Shown: positions 9,684 through 19,981 of the stretch, in pieces
Position numbering within the stretch: position 1 is the stretch's first letter
Layout: each line of letters starts with the position of its first letter
Source of the DNA: Candidatus Alloscybalousia intestinigallinarum
GTDB taxonomy: Bacteria > Bacillota_I > Bacilli_A > RF39 > UBA660
Direction: 5' to 3'
Assembly: GCA_018716115.1 (NCBI GenBank)
Contig: DVKF01000059.1
Coordinates: forward strand, 1-54,622
Length of the DNA stretch: 54,622 bases
Made by a program: the position numbers and the translations under genes
The notes under the pieces: model-generated
Database searches by the model: none
What the model was told of the DNA's origin: nothing
The model's input: only the letters and a program-made list of their open reading frames with translations

Positions 9684-10753
9684 CGAATGAAAAAGTGATT
9701 AGTTTTCCTCACTTAGCGAATTACTATTTACCGATTACTTACCTACTTAAGAAAACAACAACTTGTAAAATTGTACCAGCTCCACCGATTACGAAAAAAA
9801 CAATCGAATTAGGCAGTAAATACGCTCCTGATTTTGTCTGTGTTCCCTTTAAATATAATTTAGGAAATTTCATTGAAGCACTAGAAAACGGGGCTAATGT
9901 GTTAATTCAAGCAGGTGGTGGTTGTCGCTATGGGTATTATGCGGAAGTTCAAGAAAAGATTTTAAGAGATCTTGGGTATGAATTTGAGTTTTATACCTTA
10001 GTAGATAGTGATCATTTTACGGTAAAGAAATTATTTCAGGTCTTTAGGAGCTTGAATCCTAAACTATCTTTTTTTAAGTTTGCTTACTACGCTCTCCTTA
10101 CGATATTAATGATTAGATTTATGGATAAGATGGATGACTATATTAGGCTTCATATTGGATTTGAAACAGAGCCTGGTAGTTTTGAACGATTAGAAAAAGA
10201 GATGCACAATTCATTTTTAGAAGCGAAGGGCTTTTTCTCTTTAACTAGACGGTATTTTCGCTATCGCAAGAAGTTTCAATATCTAGAAATTGATAAACCA
10301 GATGATTGTATGAAAGTTGGCGTAATCGGTGAACTCTATACGTCTATGGAACCATTTTCTAGTTACTTTTTGGAAAAAGAACTAGCCAAGATGAAAATTG
10401 AGGTAAAGCGCTTTACTAATGTTAGTTACCTACTCTATGAGAAAAAATTTCATACTAAGCGTATGTTACGAGAAGCAGAAAAATATTGTCGTTATACGAT
10501 TGGAGCAGATGGCTTAGATAATGTTTGGCGAGCAAAATATCTAAGTGAAGAAGGCTATGATGGCTTGATTCATATTAAACCATTTGGGTGTACACCAGAA
10601 ATTGGGGCAATTCCTATTATTCAACATGTTTGTAGGGATTATCATATGCCGATTATCTTTTTTTCTTTCGATCAGGCGACAAGTGATACGGGAGTAAAGA
10701 CAAGATTAGAAGCTTTTTATGATATGTTAAACGAAAGGAAGAATCAAAAATGA
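9680..10753 (+). CDS. 2-hydroxyacyl-CoA dehydratase-like subunit
   Basis: CVPFKYNLGN, GCRYGYY, GVIGELY, PFGCTPE, TRLEAF. Confidence 0.82.
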   Translation: MTNEKVISFPHLANYYLPITYLLKKTTTCKIVPAPPITKKTIELGSKYAPDFVCVPFKYNLGNFIEALENGANVLIQAGGGCRYGYYAEVQEKILRDLGYEFEFYTLVDSDHFTVKKLFQVFRSLNPKLSFFKFAYYALLTILMIRFMDKMDDYIRLHIGFETEPGSFERLEKEMHNSFLEAKGFFSLTRRYFRYRKKFQYLEIDKPDDCMKVGVIGELYTSMEPFSSYFLEKELAKMKIEVKRFTNVSYLLYEKKFHTKRMLREAEKYCRYTIGADGLDNVWRAKYLSEEGYDGLIHIKPFGCTPEIGAIPIIQHVCRDYHMPIIFFSFDQATSDTGVKTRLEAFYDMLNERKNQK

Positions 10754-11700
10754 ATGCATATATGGGAGTCGACATCGGCTCAATTTCGACTAAAGGGGTA
10801 ATTATTGATGAAGAGAATCATATTTTAGCTAGTAGCTATTTATGGACGAAAGGAAATCCGATCGATGCGGTTAAGGCGCTCGTCTCTCAGTTAGAAAAAC
10901 AGGTAGAAAAACAAGAGATTACTATTTTAGGAATCGGTACAACCGGAAGTGCCAGAAAATTAATTGGGGCGATGCTTGGTGCGAGTGTTGTAAAGAATGA
11001 AATTACTGCGCATGCGGTAGGAACTTTATCTCTTCATCCTGATGTAAAGACGATTTTGGAAATTGGTGGACAGGATTCAAAGATTATTTTATTAGAGGAT
11101 GGGATTGTGGTTGATTATGCGATGAACACTCTTTGTGCAGCGGGAACAGGTTCCTTTTTATCTAGTCAGGCAGAACGTTTAGGTGTCGCCGTAGAAGACT
11201 TTGGAAGTATCGCCTTAAAAGCCAAAAAGCCAACCAAAATCGCGGCACGATGTACGGTATTTGCGGAAAGTGACTTGGTTCATAAAATGCAAATTGGTTA
11301 CTCTAAGGAAGACATCATTGCGGGGCTTTGTAAGAGTGTTGCTCAAAATTATTTGAATAATGTGGGAAAAGGGAAAAAGATCAAAGGACCAGTTATTTTT
11401 CAAGGAGGAGTCAGTAAAAACATCGGGGTAAAAAAAGCTTTTGAGGAAGAACTCGGTATGGAAGTTATCGTCGATGAGAACGGTCATTTGATGGGTGCCT
11501 TAGGAGTAGCTATTCTCTCAAAGAAAAAACCATTAGAGAAAAAATTTAGTTTTTCTATCCTAGATGATCACTTTGAAACGAAAGGTATCGAATGTAATAA
11601 GTGTCCTAATCACTGTGAAATTATCTGCGTTAGAAAAAATAAAGAGTTAATCGACGCTTGGGGAAACCGGTGCGAAAACGGGATTGTGTTTAAGAAATAG
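10750..11700 (+). CDS. CoA-substrate-specific enzyme activase (BadF/BadG/BcrA/BcrD ASKHA ATPase)
   Basis: GVDIGSISTK, EITAH, EIGGQDSK, CAAGTGSF, RCTVFAES, GGVSKN. Confidence 0.93.
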   Translation: MNAYMGVDIGSISTKGVIIDEENHILASSYLWTKGNPIDAVKALVSQLEKQVEKQEITILGIGTTGSARKLIGAMLGASVVKNEITAHAVGTLSLHPDVKTILEIGGQDSKIILLEDGIVVDYAMNTLCAAGTGSFLSSQAERLGVAVEDFGSIALKAKKPTKIAARCTVFAESDLVHKMQIGYSKEDIIAGLCKSVAQNYLNNVGKGKKIKGPVIFQGGVSKNIGVKKAFEEELGMEVIVDENGHLMGALGVAILSKKKPLEKKFSFSILDDHFETKGIECNKCPNHCEIICVRKNKELIDAWGNRCENGIVFKK

Positions 11701-11705
11701 ATTGT

Positions 11706-11738
11706 AAAAAAATTCCACCTAAAATAGTGGAGTTTTTT
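11706..11738. terminator. Bidirectional intrinsic terminator
   Basis: AAAAAAATTCCAC...GTGGAGTTTTTT. Confidence 0.75.
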
Positions 11739-11739
11739 A

Positions 11740-11807
11740 TTATTCAGTTTAATTTTCTGCTTATCTTTTTTACCTATTTTAAAACTTTGATTATGTAATT
11801 TTACCAT
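11740..11807 (-). pseudogene. Possible remnant of a Txe/YoeB toxin gene
   Basis: Start overlaps the antitoxin stop. About 20 codons (MVK...GKKDKQKIK) resemble a YoeB N-terminus, then the frame runs into the terminator. Confidence 0.45.
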
Positions 11808-12058
11808 TCTTCATCTTGGTTGTACTCTTTGGCAGATTCGAAAGATTCATTTTTTCTTATATTGTTAATATCTTTCACTAAGCCTGATATACTAGAAAGA
11901 TATAAGGTTTCTTCGATATTTTTCCATTCATCTTCTGATATTAATACTGCATTTTTCCCTTTATCATTAACAATTGTGATAGGGTTATAACCAACATTTA
12001 CATCAGAAATCAATTGATATAAATTTTCTCTTGCATTTATAATATCTATCGTTCTCAT
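11801..12058 (-). CDS. Phd/YefM family antitoxin
   Basis: ARENLYQLI, PITIV, NAVLISEDEW..IEETLYL. Confidence 0.92.
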   Translation of the reverse strand: MRTIDIINARENLYQLISDVNVGYNPITIVNDKGKNAVLISEDEWKNIEETLYLSSISGLVKDINNIRKNESFESAKEYNQDEEW

Positions 12059-12169
12059 GTTATCACCTTTTGTACATTATAACGCACTTTTTCGCATATA
12101 CCAATCATTTATTTACATATTAGAAATTTTTCCTATCCTTACTATCCTAATTTTTTGATAGCATAATGT

Positions 12170-12211
12170 AAAAACAGCAAGTCTTTAAGTAAAAGCATTT
12201 AAAGACTTGCT
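12170..12211 (-). terminator. Intrinsic terminator
   Basis: 13-bp stem AGCAAGTCTTTAA/TTAAAGACTTGCT downstream of the LRR gene. Confidence 0.7.
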
Positions 12212-12228
12212 AAAGATTTTAATTTTAG

Positions 12229-13965
12229 TTATGTAGTTGGAGCAATAGTAACTGTTCCTACCCCACTACCTAATTTATCTTGAATCCATGATTGACTACT
12301 AGTATCTTTTACTATAATTTGAATAGTAGAAGGTACAGTGTTGAACATACTAGCATAGCTAGTTACAGTATCAAATGTTGCATTTCTGAAATCTAAATTT
12401 ATTAAGTTACTACAATTATAAAACATAGCAGTCATATACTTTACCGTCGGGGTATCAAAATGACTTAAATCTAGATTCGTTAAACTACTACAGTCTTTAA
12501 ACATAAAAGCCATATCCGTTACTTGGGATGTATCAAAATGACTTAAATCTAAATTCGTTAATTTACTACAGCTATAAAACATATCCCGCATATTCGTTAC
12601 TTGCGAAGTATCAAGATGACTTAAATCTAGGCTTGTTAAACCACTACATTCATTAAACATACTACCCATAGTCGTTACTTGGGATGTATTAAAATCACTT
12701 AAATCTAAACTTGTTAAACTACCACAGTTAGAAAACATACCACTCATATCTTTTACTTGAGAAGTATCAAAACTACTTAAATCTAGATTCGTTAATTTAC
12801 TACAGCTATAAAACATATCCTGCATATTCGTTACCTGGGAGGTGTCAAATTCACTTAAATCTAAACTTGTTAAACTACCACAGTTAGAAAACATACCACT
12901 CATATCTTTTACTTGAGAAGTATCAAATCCACTTAAATTCAAACTAGTTAAAAGACTACAATCAGAAAACATACCTTCCATAGTCATCACTTGGGAAGTA
13001 TCTACATACTCTAGACCTTCTACCACGGTTAAAACGTTTAACCCAGTATCTGGATTAATTAGGTAAAATAACGCTAAACCACTCGATAAATAAATCACGT
13101 CATTTCCTTGGATATATAATGTATAAGTAGTCTCTGGAAATTGCATTTCTCCCATATCAGGTGGAAGTTCTGGTGGAATAAAAGATCCTTCTTCATTCTC
13201 TACTAAATAGGCCATACAATTACCATCATTATTTTCCGATACATCCCAGCTTAACTCAGTTTCGATTGGTTCCATTTTATTTTGGAAAACTATTTTACTA
13301 ATAGAACCACTATATTGATAGAATGTTTCAGAAGACATAGGATCATTTCTTTCTCTCATTACACTTAATTTACTAGTAGGTTCTTGTTTTTCTAAGGTAT
13401 CTACTTGCATTGTCATCGCTAAACTTAATCCTTGATCTTCATTCTGAGGTTTACCTGTTTCTTGTAACCACACTTTTAAGAGATAACTTTGTTTTTCTGC
13501 TGGAGCTAAAATCATATTGGTTTTAATGACAAACTCATTATCTCCACTTAAATAACCACTTGATGAAGAAAAACTTCCAGATTTAACTAGAGTTCCTTCC
13601 GTATAATCTTCATCTGCTTGATATAAAGCCCATTTTAAATTATGAGAATAGGTATCCATCCCCATTTTTGTTAAAGTAATATCGATAAAACTGATATTAT
13701 AATGTGCATCTAAAGTTCCTGTATTTTCAACTGTAAATTGATGAATAGAAGCTGAACTTTCTTCTGTTGGGATAATACTAAGAGCATTGATATCTTGCCC
13801 TGTTTCATAGGTTAGTCTTAGCGTTCCACTTTCTACTACTTGTTCATTTGAAGTCGCAGTTGCGGTAAAGTAGGCATAACTTGTCCCGGTTATGATTAAA
13901 GCAAGTCCTACAATTATGGCGATAATGCTTAGAGCTTTACGCTTATTTTTACAATTTTTTTTCAT
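12229..13965 (-). CDS. BspA-like/DUF285 leucine-rich-repeat surface protein with SipW-type signal peptide and TasA/CalY-like N-domain
   Basis: Signal ending GTSYAYF, FTVENTGT, eight 26-aa FDTSQV..M..MF..C..LT.LDLS repeats. Confidence 0.88.
   Translation of the reverse strand: MKKNCKNKRKALSIIAIIVGLALIITGTSYAYFTATATSNEQVVESGTLRLTYETGQDINALSIIPTEESSASIHQFTVENTGTLDAHYNISFIDITLTKMGMDTYSHNLKWALYQADEDYTEGTLVKSGSFSSSSGYLSGDNEFVIKTNMILAPAEKQSYLLKVWLQETGKPQNEDQGLSLAMTMQVDTLEKQEPTSKLSVMRERNDPMSSETFYQYSGSISKIVFQNKMEPIETELSWDVSENNDGNCMAYLVENEEGSFIPPELPPDMGEMQFPETTYTLYIQGNDVIYLSSGLALFYLINPDTGLNVLTVVEGLEYVDTSQVMTMEGMFSDCSLLTSLNLSGFDTSQVKDMSGMFSNCGSLTSLDLSEFDTSQVTNMQDMFYSCSKLTNLDLSSFDTSQVKDMSGMFSNCGSLTSLDLSDFNTSQVTTMGSMFNECSGLTSLDLSHLDTSQVTNMRDMFYSCSKLTNLDLSHFDTSQVTDMAFMFKDCSSLTNLDLSHFDTPTVKYMTAMFYNCSNLINLDFRNATFDTVTSYASMFNTVPSTIQIIVKDTSSQSWIQDKLGSGVGTVTIAPTT
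12390..13010 (-). repeat. Intragenic 78-bp tandem repeats (DUF285)
   Basis: Eight units; 12695-12771 and 12851-12927 are identical at the DNA level (offset 156 bp). Confidence 0.85.
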
Positions 13966-14171
13966 ATTTCTATCACTCTACTTATATTTTTTTCTATATT
14001 TTTATTATGATACAATCTATTTTGGATTATATATTTTATGATAGAATACTTTCGATGTGATGTCAACAAGCCACTTTAGACTTTGTGTAAAATTTTGTTT
14101 GAATATAAAAACTTTATTACTATTTTGATAATTAAATGAAACATGACTTTTCGATTAGTTTCTTACACAAT

Positions 14172-15794
14172 TTATTCAGCTAATAATTCTCGTAGTTGAT
14201 TCTTATACTCTTCTAGTTTTGTCTGATACTCCATAATTTCTGCATCTTTTTCTTCATTACTCGTTCTTAACTCATCAATTTCTTGTTGTTTAGCTTCGAT
14301 CTGTAGTTCTAGATCATTGATGATTGCCTCTAAGCTATTGATTTCTTCTTGTCTCATTTCCTCTTCTTGACGAAGATGATACTCTTGTTCATTTTGTTGA
14401 ATACGTTCTATATTTTCTTTAGATGCGGTAATATTTACGGTTATCTTTTCTAATAAACCATAATTATAAATGGTTCTTTCTTTTAAATTAGAAAGTAACT
14501 TTTTCTTCCATTCTTTAACCCTATTCTCAGTAAGGCTAAAATCTTGATTAATATAGATTACGTTATTTTCTAGATTCATTTCAATATCGTTGTAAGCATC
14601 TGCATATTCTACCTCTACTCGAACCTTATCGGCTAACGTGTCATCTTCATGATAATTGACTTGGGCATAAGCATACGCTTTGACAAAAAGTTCTGGCGTC
14701 ATTGAATATTCCTCTTGAAGTGTTTTCATCTCTACCTGTTCAGGTAAACGGTCATAGTAAGTAGTATTAGAAATTTCAATGGCACTAATCGCACCAGAAA
14801 TACCGATTCCTACTAGGGAGAGAATAAAGAGAAAAATAGCGAGTTTACCTTTTGGTGCTTGATTCAATAGCCAATGTAAGACAAGACTAACTATACAATA
14901 GTTAAGGAGTAAACAGCTAAGAAGAAGGAGAAGAATTCCGATATAAGGAATACCTTGGAAGATAAGTACGATTCCGATGACAATGAAGAAGACAAGGCAA
15001 ACAAGGGAAATTAAAAATGGAATTAGAATACAAGCTAAGCAGAATTTCACAAAAAAGGTAAATAAAGTACCTAGTATTTTGGTAATTAGTGATGTTGAGC
15101 GTTCACGTCGTGGGGCATAGATCACTTTTTCTTGTTTTTCTTTTTTCTCTTCCCCACTTTTTTCATCTGATGATTCTGTTTGATCATTCGTATCCATGTC
15201 TATATCTACTTCTTTTATTTTTCCTTGTTGTTTGGTTAACTGTTGTTCTTTTTCCCATTTTTCTAAGAATAATAATTTATATAAATAAAAGAAGCAAATA
15301 ATCGCTAGAATCAGATAGGATACGGAAAGTAGAAAATTCCATATTGGACTTAGTATATTAGATACTTGAGTACCAAAGCTGATAAAGATATCGTGACCTA
15401 GACTATAAATATAATCAACAGGAAATTTCAAGAAACGCAAGATGAAGGCGATAATCAACATACCGATAATACATTTTAAGATTTCTTGGGCATTCATCTT
15501 CTGAAACATCTGAATACTACGGTTAATGATATCCATTACTTCATCGATGAAATTACTAGCGGTTAATTTTGTTTTTTCCGTATTTTTGATTTCCTTTACT
15601 TCATCATTAGTCAAATCATCAAGACTACATTTAAATATTTTACATAGGGCTAGTAGCTTATCCATTTCCGGATAAGTTTGACCCGATTCCCATTTCGATA
15701 CTGCTTGACGAGAGACATCTAGCATATCCGCTAATTGTTCTTGGGATAGTTTATTTTCTTTTCTTAATTTTTGGAGTTTTTCACTAAACTTCAT
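14172..15794 (-). CDS. XRE-family HTH fused to a polytopic membrane domain and C-terminal coiled coil
   Basis: LSQEQLADMLDVSRQAVSKWESG HTH, several TM helices, heptad-rich C-terminus. ATG at 15794 follows GAGGTG. Confidence 0.85.
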   Translation of the reverse strand: MKFSEKLQKLRKENKLSQEQLADMLDVSRQAVSKWESGQTYPEMDKLLALCKIFKCSLDDLTNDEVKEIKNTEKTKLTASNFIDEVMDIINRSIQMFQKMNAQEILKCIIGMLIIAFILRFLKFPVDYIYSLGHDIFISFGTQVSNILSPIWNFLLSVSYLILAIICFFYLYKLLFLEKWEKEQQLTKQQGKIKEVDIDMDTNDQTESSDEKSGEEKKEKQEKVIYAPRRERSTSLITKILGTLFTFFVKFCLACILIPFLISLVCLVFFIVIGIVLIFQGIPYIGILLLLLSCLLLNYCIVSLVLHWLLNQAPKGKLAIFLFILSLVGIGISGAISAIEISNTTYYDRLPEQVEMKTLQEEYSMTPELFVKAYAYAQVNYHEDDTLADKVRVEVEYADAYNDIEMNLENNVIYINQDFSLTENRVKEWKKKLLSNLKERTIYNYGLLEKITVNITASKENIERIQQNEQEYHLRQEEEMRQEEINSLEAIINDLELQIEAKQQEIDELRTSNEEKDAEIMEYQTKLEEYKNQLRELLAE

Positions 15795-15817
15795 TTCTTT
15801 CACCTCGAAGTCATCTT

Positions 15818-15877
15818 AACCCAAAACCCGGTTGCGACTCTACCGATTTTTGGTTGTTTTTTGTCAATTTTCGGTTG
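15818..15877. promoter_or_regulatory. Three phased GGTTG-containing boxes, candidate XRE operator
   Basis: GGTTG at 15830, 15852 and 15873 (22/21-bp spacing); the middle box CTACC-n7-GGTTG is quasi-palindromic. Confidence 0.45.
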
Positions 15878-15970
15878 CATTTTCCATATTCATTATAGAA
15901 AACATTAAAAAGTTAGGCAAGTGATTATTTTTTGAAGGTTATTTTGTTATAATGATGATGGAGGGATATT

Positions 15971-18066
15971 ATGCTAATTAAATCAAACGCAATCGATAGA
16001 TTGTTAAGAGAAAATCCAAATTTAGGAGAAAGACGATTTGGTTTACCATTTATTGGTGGACGAGATGATCATGAAGAATTTAATCCTACGGTACAAAAAA
16101 TTGCCGATGCGATTGACTTTTACGGATATGAAGTCCGTGATGATAAAATTACGACGATGCCAGATACTGATCTCGGTACTGGTAATCCTGTTAATTATCA
16201 GCCATTCCCACTGTCAATAGAAGCGATGCACAAAGCACTAGACACCACGGAGATGTATAAATATCCATATACTGAAGGAGATGACAGAATCAGAAAAGTA
16301 TTACTCGATTATGTGGAGGAACTAGGGTTTATTAATACAACCCCCTACTCTTATCCTGATGTTGATGATAAAGGGTTATCGGTACATAACTTGACTTTCA
16401 TGCCATCTACTTCGATTATTTTTAATATTATCGTGGAAACGATTTCTAAACCCGGGGATGTAATTTTGGTAACAGGACCTAATTATGGATTATTCACGAT
16501 TCGGGCAGAACGAGCTGGCGCGGAAGTAGAAATTCTAAATCTAGAAAAAGAAGATCACTTCTTAGTAAATCCTAAGAAGCTTGCGAATAAGATCGATGAG
16601 ATCAATGAAAGCTTACAGAAAGTATACAATAGACGAAAAGGATATGTACCAAGAGTAGTTGCCTTTTTAAATGCGAATCCTAATAATCCTACTGGAAAAG
16701 TGATGGGAGAAAGTGAGACAGAATTATTAACGGAAATCGGACAAGTATGTTTAGATCGAGGAGTATTTATCATCGATGATTTGGTTTACCGAGATATCAG
16801 TTTTGATCCTAATCATCTAGCTAAACCAATTGCGACCATACCTGGAATGTTTCGAAATACCATTTCCCTATTCGGTCTTTCCAAAAGTTATGGGTTAGCT
16901 AGTTTACGAGCTGGATTCGTCGTTGCGGATGAAATCGTGATTCGAGAAGTGATTAATCGAATTTTTCAAAGTATGGACTCTGCTCCTGACTTAGTTGGAC
17001 AAGCTTTGGCTGGCGCTTTTAATACGAGTGAGAGAAGAAAACAAGTCTATGAAGAATATTTTCAAGGACTACGACAAATCATATAGATAAATATCATTTA
17101 TTAAAAGCTATGGTTCAGGGATTAGATCAAGTACCTATTTCTAAACAACAGATGATTAAAGACAAAGTAAAAGCAATTATTGGAAAAGAAAAAGCAGAAG
17201 CTCTTCTTCAGTCTGGTCTACCTTATGTAGATTTTCCTAAGAATTTAGAGCCTGAATCAGGTTTCTTCGCAATTTTAGACTTTACCGCAATCAAAGGAAT
17301 GAAAGATCAAGGACACTTAATCACTACGGAAAGAGATTTACTAATCTTTTTCTATCGTCACGCAAGAATTCGTTTTTTAGTTGGTCAATCGATTTCTTGG
17401 CCTTATCCAAAGGAATTAGTCGGACGAATTAGCTTTGCCCTAGAAGATAAGGTATTAATTACTGCTTTTGATAAGATGCGAGAAGCCCTACTCACTCTGG
17501 AACCAAAAGAGGACTATGTGATTCGTAAAAATGAATACCAAGACCAAAGACAGATGGCTCAAATTAAAGTAGAAGGTTGGCAGAATGCTTATGATAAAAT
17601 CATCGCTTCTAAATATTTGAAGTCTTTAAATGTAGAGGAACAGACTAAGCGATATATACAAAGCTTCGAAGAATATAAAGATCTCGTTTTCGTTGCGGTT
17701 AAAGATGATGAAGTATTGGGTTATGCTTGTTTTAAGCCTTATGACAAGAAAGAAAAATACGATTCCGAATTAGTTAGTTTATATTTAAGAAAAGAAGCTG
17801 ATGGTAAAGGAATTGGTAGTAGCCTATTTAAAGAGGTGGTGAAAGAACTAATTGCTCAAGATCGCCATAATATGATTGTTTGGTGTCTTGCCGATAACCA
17901 ACATGCGATTGATTTCTATGAGAAACTAGGGGGAAAATGCTTAGAAACGAAGAACGCCAAAATTGGTGAGGAAGTTTATTTGGAATATGGATTCTATTTT
18001 GATTTAGATCAATTGAATTCCTCTTACGGCCTCGAAAAACAAAAGAGAAATACAAAGGATAATTGA
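15971..18066 (+). pseudogene. Class I/II PLP aminotransferase fused to a C-terminal GNAT acetyltransferase, split by a 1-nt frameshift near 17081
   Basis: NPNNPTG, IIDDLVY and SKSYGLASLRAG in ORF1. ORF2's frame is open upstream (IDKYHLLKAMV) and carries the aminotransferase small domain (PESGFF, GRISFA) plus GNAT (GKGIGS, NQHAIDFYEKLG). Confidence 0.8.
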
Positions 18067-18130
18067 GACAACATCATCTTTCTATAGAGTGAGACGCTTT
18101 GGATGATATATTTAGTAGTAGGTAATAAAA

Positions 18131-18880
18131 ATGGATATAGCGAAAATCAAACGGGAATTAATCAAACAAAAAGAATCAAAATTTAAAGGGAATATTTATC
18201 ATTATTTTCAGGTAAATTTTTCTTACCATTCAAACAAAATTGAAGGTAGCAAATTAACTAGTGAACAGACAGAAGCAATCTTTGACACTGCTTCTTTTAT
18301 CCCTAAAAGTGATGATTTAATTCAATTAGATGATTTGATCGAATCTAAGAATCATTTTAAATTATTTGATTATGTATTGGATAATGTAGATAAAGCTTTA
18401 TCTAAAGAAATGATTCTAGAAATGAATAGAATTTTAAAAAGAAATACTAGTGACGAAGAAAATCCCCGATATAATGTTGGTGGTTTTAAAATAGTCCCTA
18501 ATATAATCGGGTTAGTTAATGTTATTCATACTACTGAGCCTGAAAATGTAGAAAAAGAGATTGATCAATTATTGTTAGAATACAACACGAAAAGAACGAT
18601 TGCTTTAGAGGATATTATTGATTTTCATTATCGATTTGAAAAAATCCATCCCTTTGGTGATGGGAATGGAAGAGTCGGTAGAATGATTATGTTTAAAGAG
18701 TGCTTAAAGAATAATATTATGCCATTTATTGTATTGGATGAAGATAAACCATATTATATAAGAGGGTTAAAAGAATACGAGCGGGATAAAATGTTTTTGA
18801 TTGATACTATACGACATGAGCAAGATTTATATGAAAAAATATGTAAGGAATTATTAGATTTTGAAATAGACGAAAAGTAA
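18131..18880 (+). CDS. Fic family protein
   Basis: YHSNKIEG and intact HPFGDGNGRVGR motif. Confidence 0.93.
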   Translation: MDIAKIKRELIKQKESKFKGNIYHYFQVNFSYHSNKIEGSKLTSEQTEAIFDTASFIPKSDDLIQLDDLIESKNHFKLFDYVLDNVDKALSKEMILEMNRILKRNTSDEENPRYNVGGFKIVPNIIGLVNVIHTTEPENVEKEIDQLLLEYNTKRTIALEDIIDFHYRFEKIHPFGDGNGRVGRMIMFKECLKNNIMPFIVLDEDKPYYIRGLKEYERDKMFLIDTIRHEQDLYEKICKELLDFEIDEK

Positions 18881-18907
18881 TTTTAAAAGGATGCCTTTTT
18901 CTAAATG

Positions 18908-18953
18908 AAAAGAACTAAAACTGTTACGGGAAACAGAGTTTTAGTTCTTTTTT
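18908..18953. terminator. Bidirectional intrinsic terminator
   Basis: AAAAGAACTAAAACT...AGTTTTAGTTCTTTT. Confidence 0.8.
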
Positions 18954-18959
18954 GTTTTC

Positions 18960-19838
18960 TTATTTTTTCGTCATGGCTTTTTTCGCTAATTTTAGGATTA
19001 GGGTATTGGTTGCCGACACGTTACTAGGATCTTTTTTCTTATTCAATGTAATTAAGCTCGTATTGGTCGCATCGATAATTAGATCAATTCCAGAGATAAA
19101 AGACGCCATATCTGATGCGATAAAGACGATTGGTTGGGCCATTTCTTCTGAAGTAGCTAATCTTCCCATCAAGCCATTTGAGCTCTTTAAAGACTCTTCG
19201 CCTCCTGCCATCTGTTCAAATTCGTCTTTCATTCCAGTATCGGTAGCGCCCGGCATGACATTGTTCACTCTGACATTTAGCTTACTAAATTCGATTGCTT
19301 GTTCACATGAAAATTGAGATAGACAACGTTTAGCAAAAATATAGGCAAATGTTGGAGGTGCTACTTTAGCGACTTTTTGAATTGATTTTTCAGTTTCTTC
19401 CCAAGTAGCTGCATGAACAACTGGATCTTGCTCTTTCCTATGCTGTTGCCAGTATTTACCAGCTGTTGAGGTAACATAAGTAATGCTTCCTCCTTTTTTC
19501 ATTCTCTTCGTTAAATAAGTTAAGGTAATATACTTGTTCGCTGTAAAATCACAATTAAATGTTGTAATATAGTCCGTTTTACTACCAGATAAACCAGCTA
19601 TACCAAAGAAACAGTCAATCTCTTGTGGCAATTTACTAAACACATCATCGATACTCTTTTTGTCTGATAAATTACACTGATGAAATTCGGTGATATTCGG
19701 TATATCACACTCCTTAATATCTAAAGCATATACTTTAGCGCCTAAATCTACTAACATTTTGGCGGTTTCATAACCCATCCCGCTAGATGCTCCGGTTACG
19801 ATACAGATTTTGTCTTTGTAATTAAAATAATCTCTCAT
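18960..19838 (-). CDS. Short-chain dehydrogenase/reductase
   Basis: TGASSGMG, YIFAK (YxxxK), VNNVMPGATDT, FISG. Confidence 0.92.
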   Translation of the reverse strand: MRDYFNYKDKICIVTGASSGMGYETAKMLVDLGAKVYALDIKECDIPNITEFHQCNLSDKKSIDDVFSKLPQEIDCFFGIAGLSGSKTDYITTFNCDFTANKYITLTYLTKRMKKGGSITYVTSTAGKYWQQHRKEQDPVVHAATWEETEKSIQKVAKVAPPTFAYIFAKRCLSQFSCEQAIEFSKLNVRVNNVMPGATDTGMKDEFEQMAGGEESLKSSNGLMGRLATSEEMAQPIVFIASDMASFISGIDLIIDATNTSLITLNKKKDPSNVSATNTLILKLAKKAMTKK

Positions 19839-19981
19839 ACTATCTCTCCCCTATTCTGCTTTACTCTTCCATTATACCTTAATTTTCTCTAAAGAAAAAG
19901 AATTCTTAGAAAAAAACAATACCTGTATAGATTGTTGATCTACAAGTATTGTTTTTCTATTTGTATTTCTTTATATTCATC

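Noticed and set aside
17084-17110. TAG read-through (pyrrolysine or recoding) joining the aminotransferase and GNAT ORFs
   Set aside because: The two ORFs are in different frames (23 nt between them); a 1-nt frameshift explains the split.
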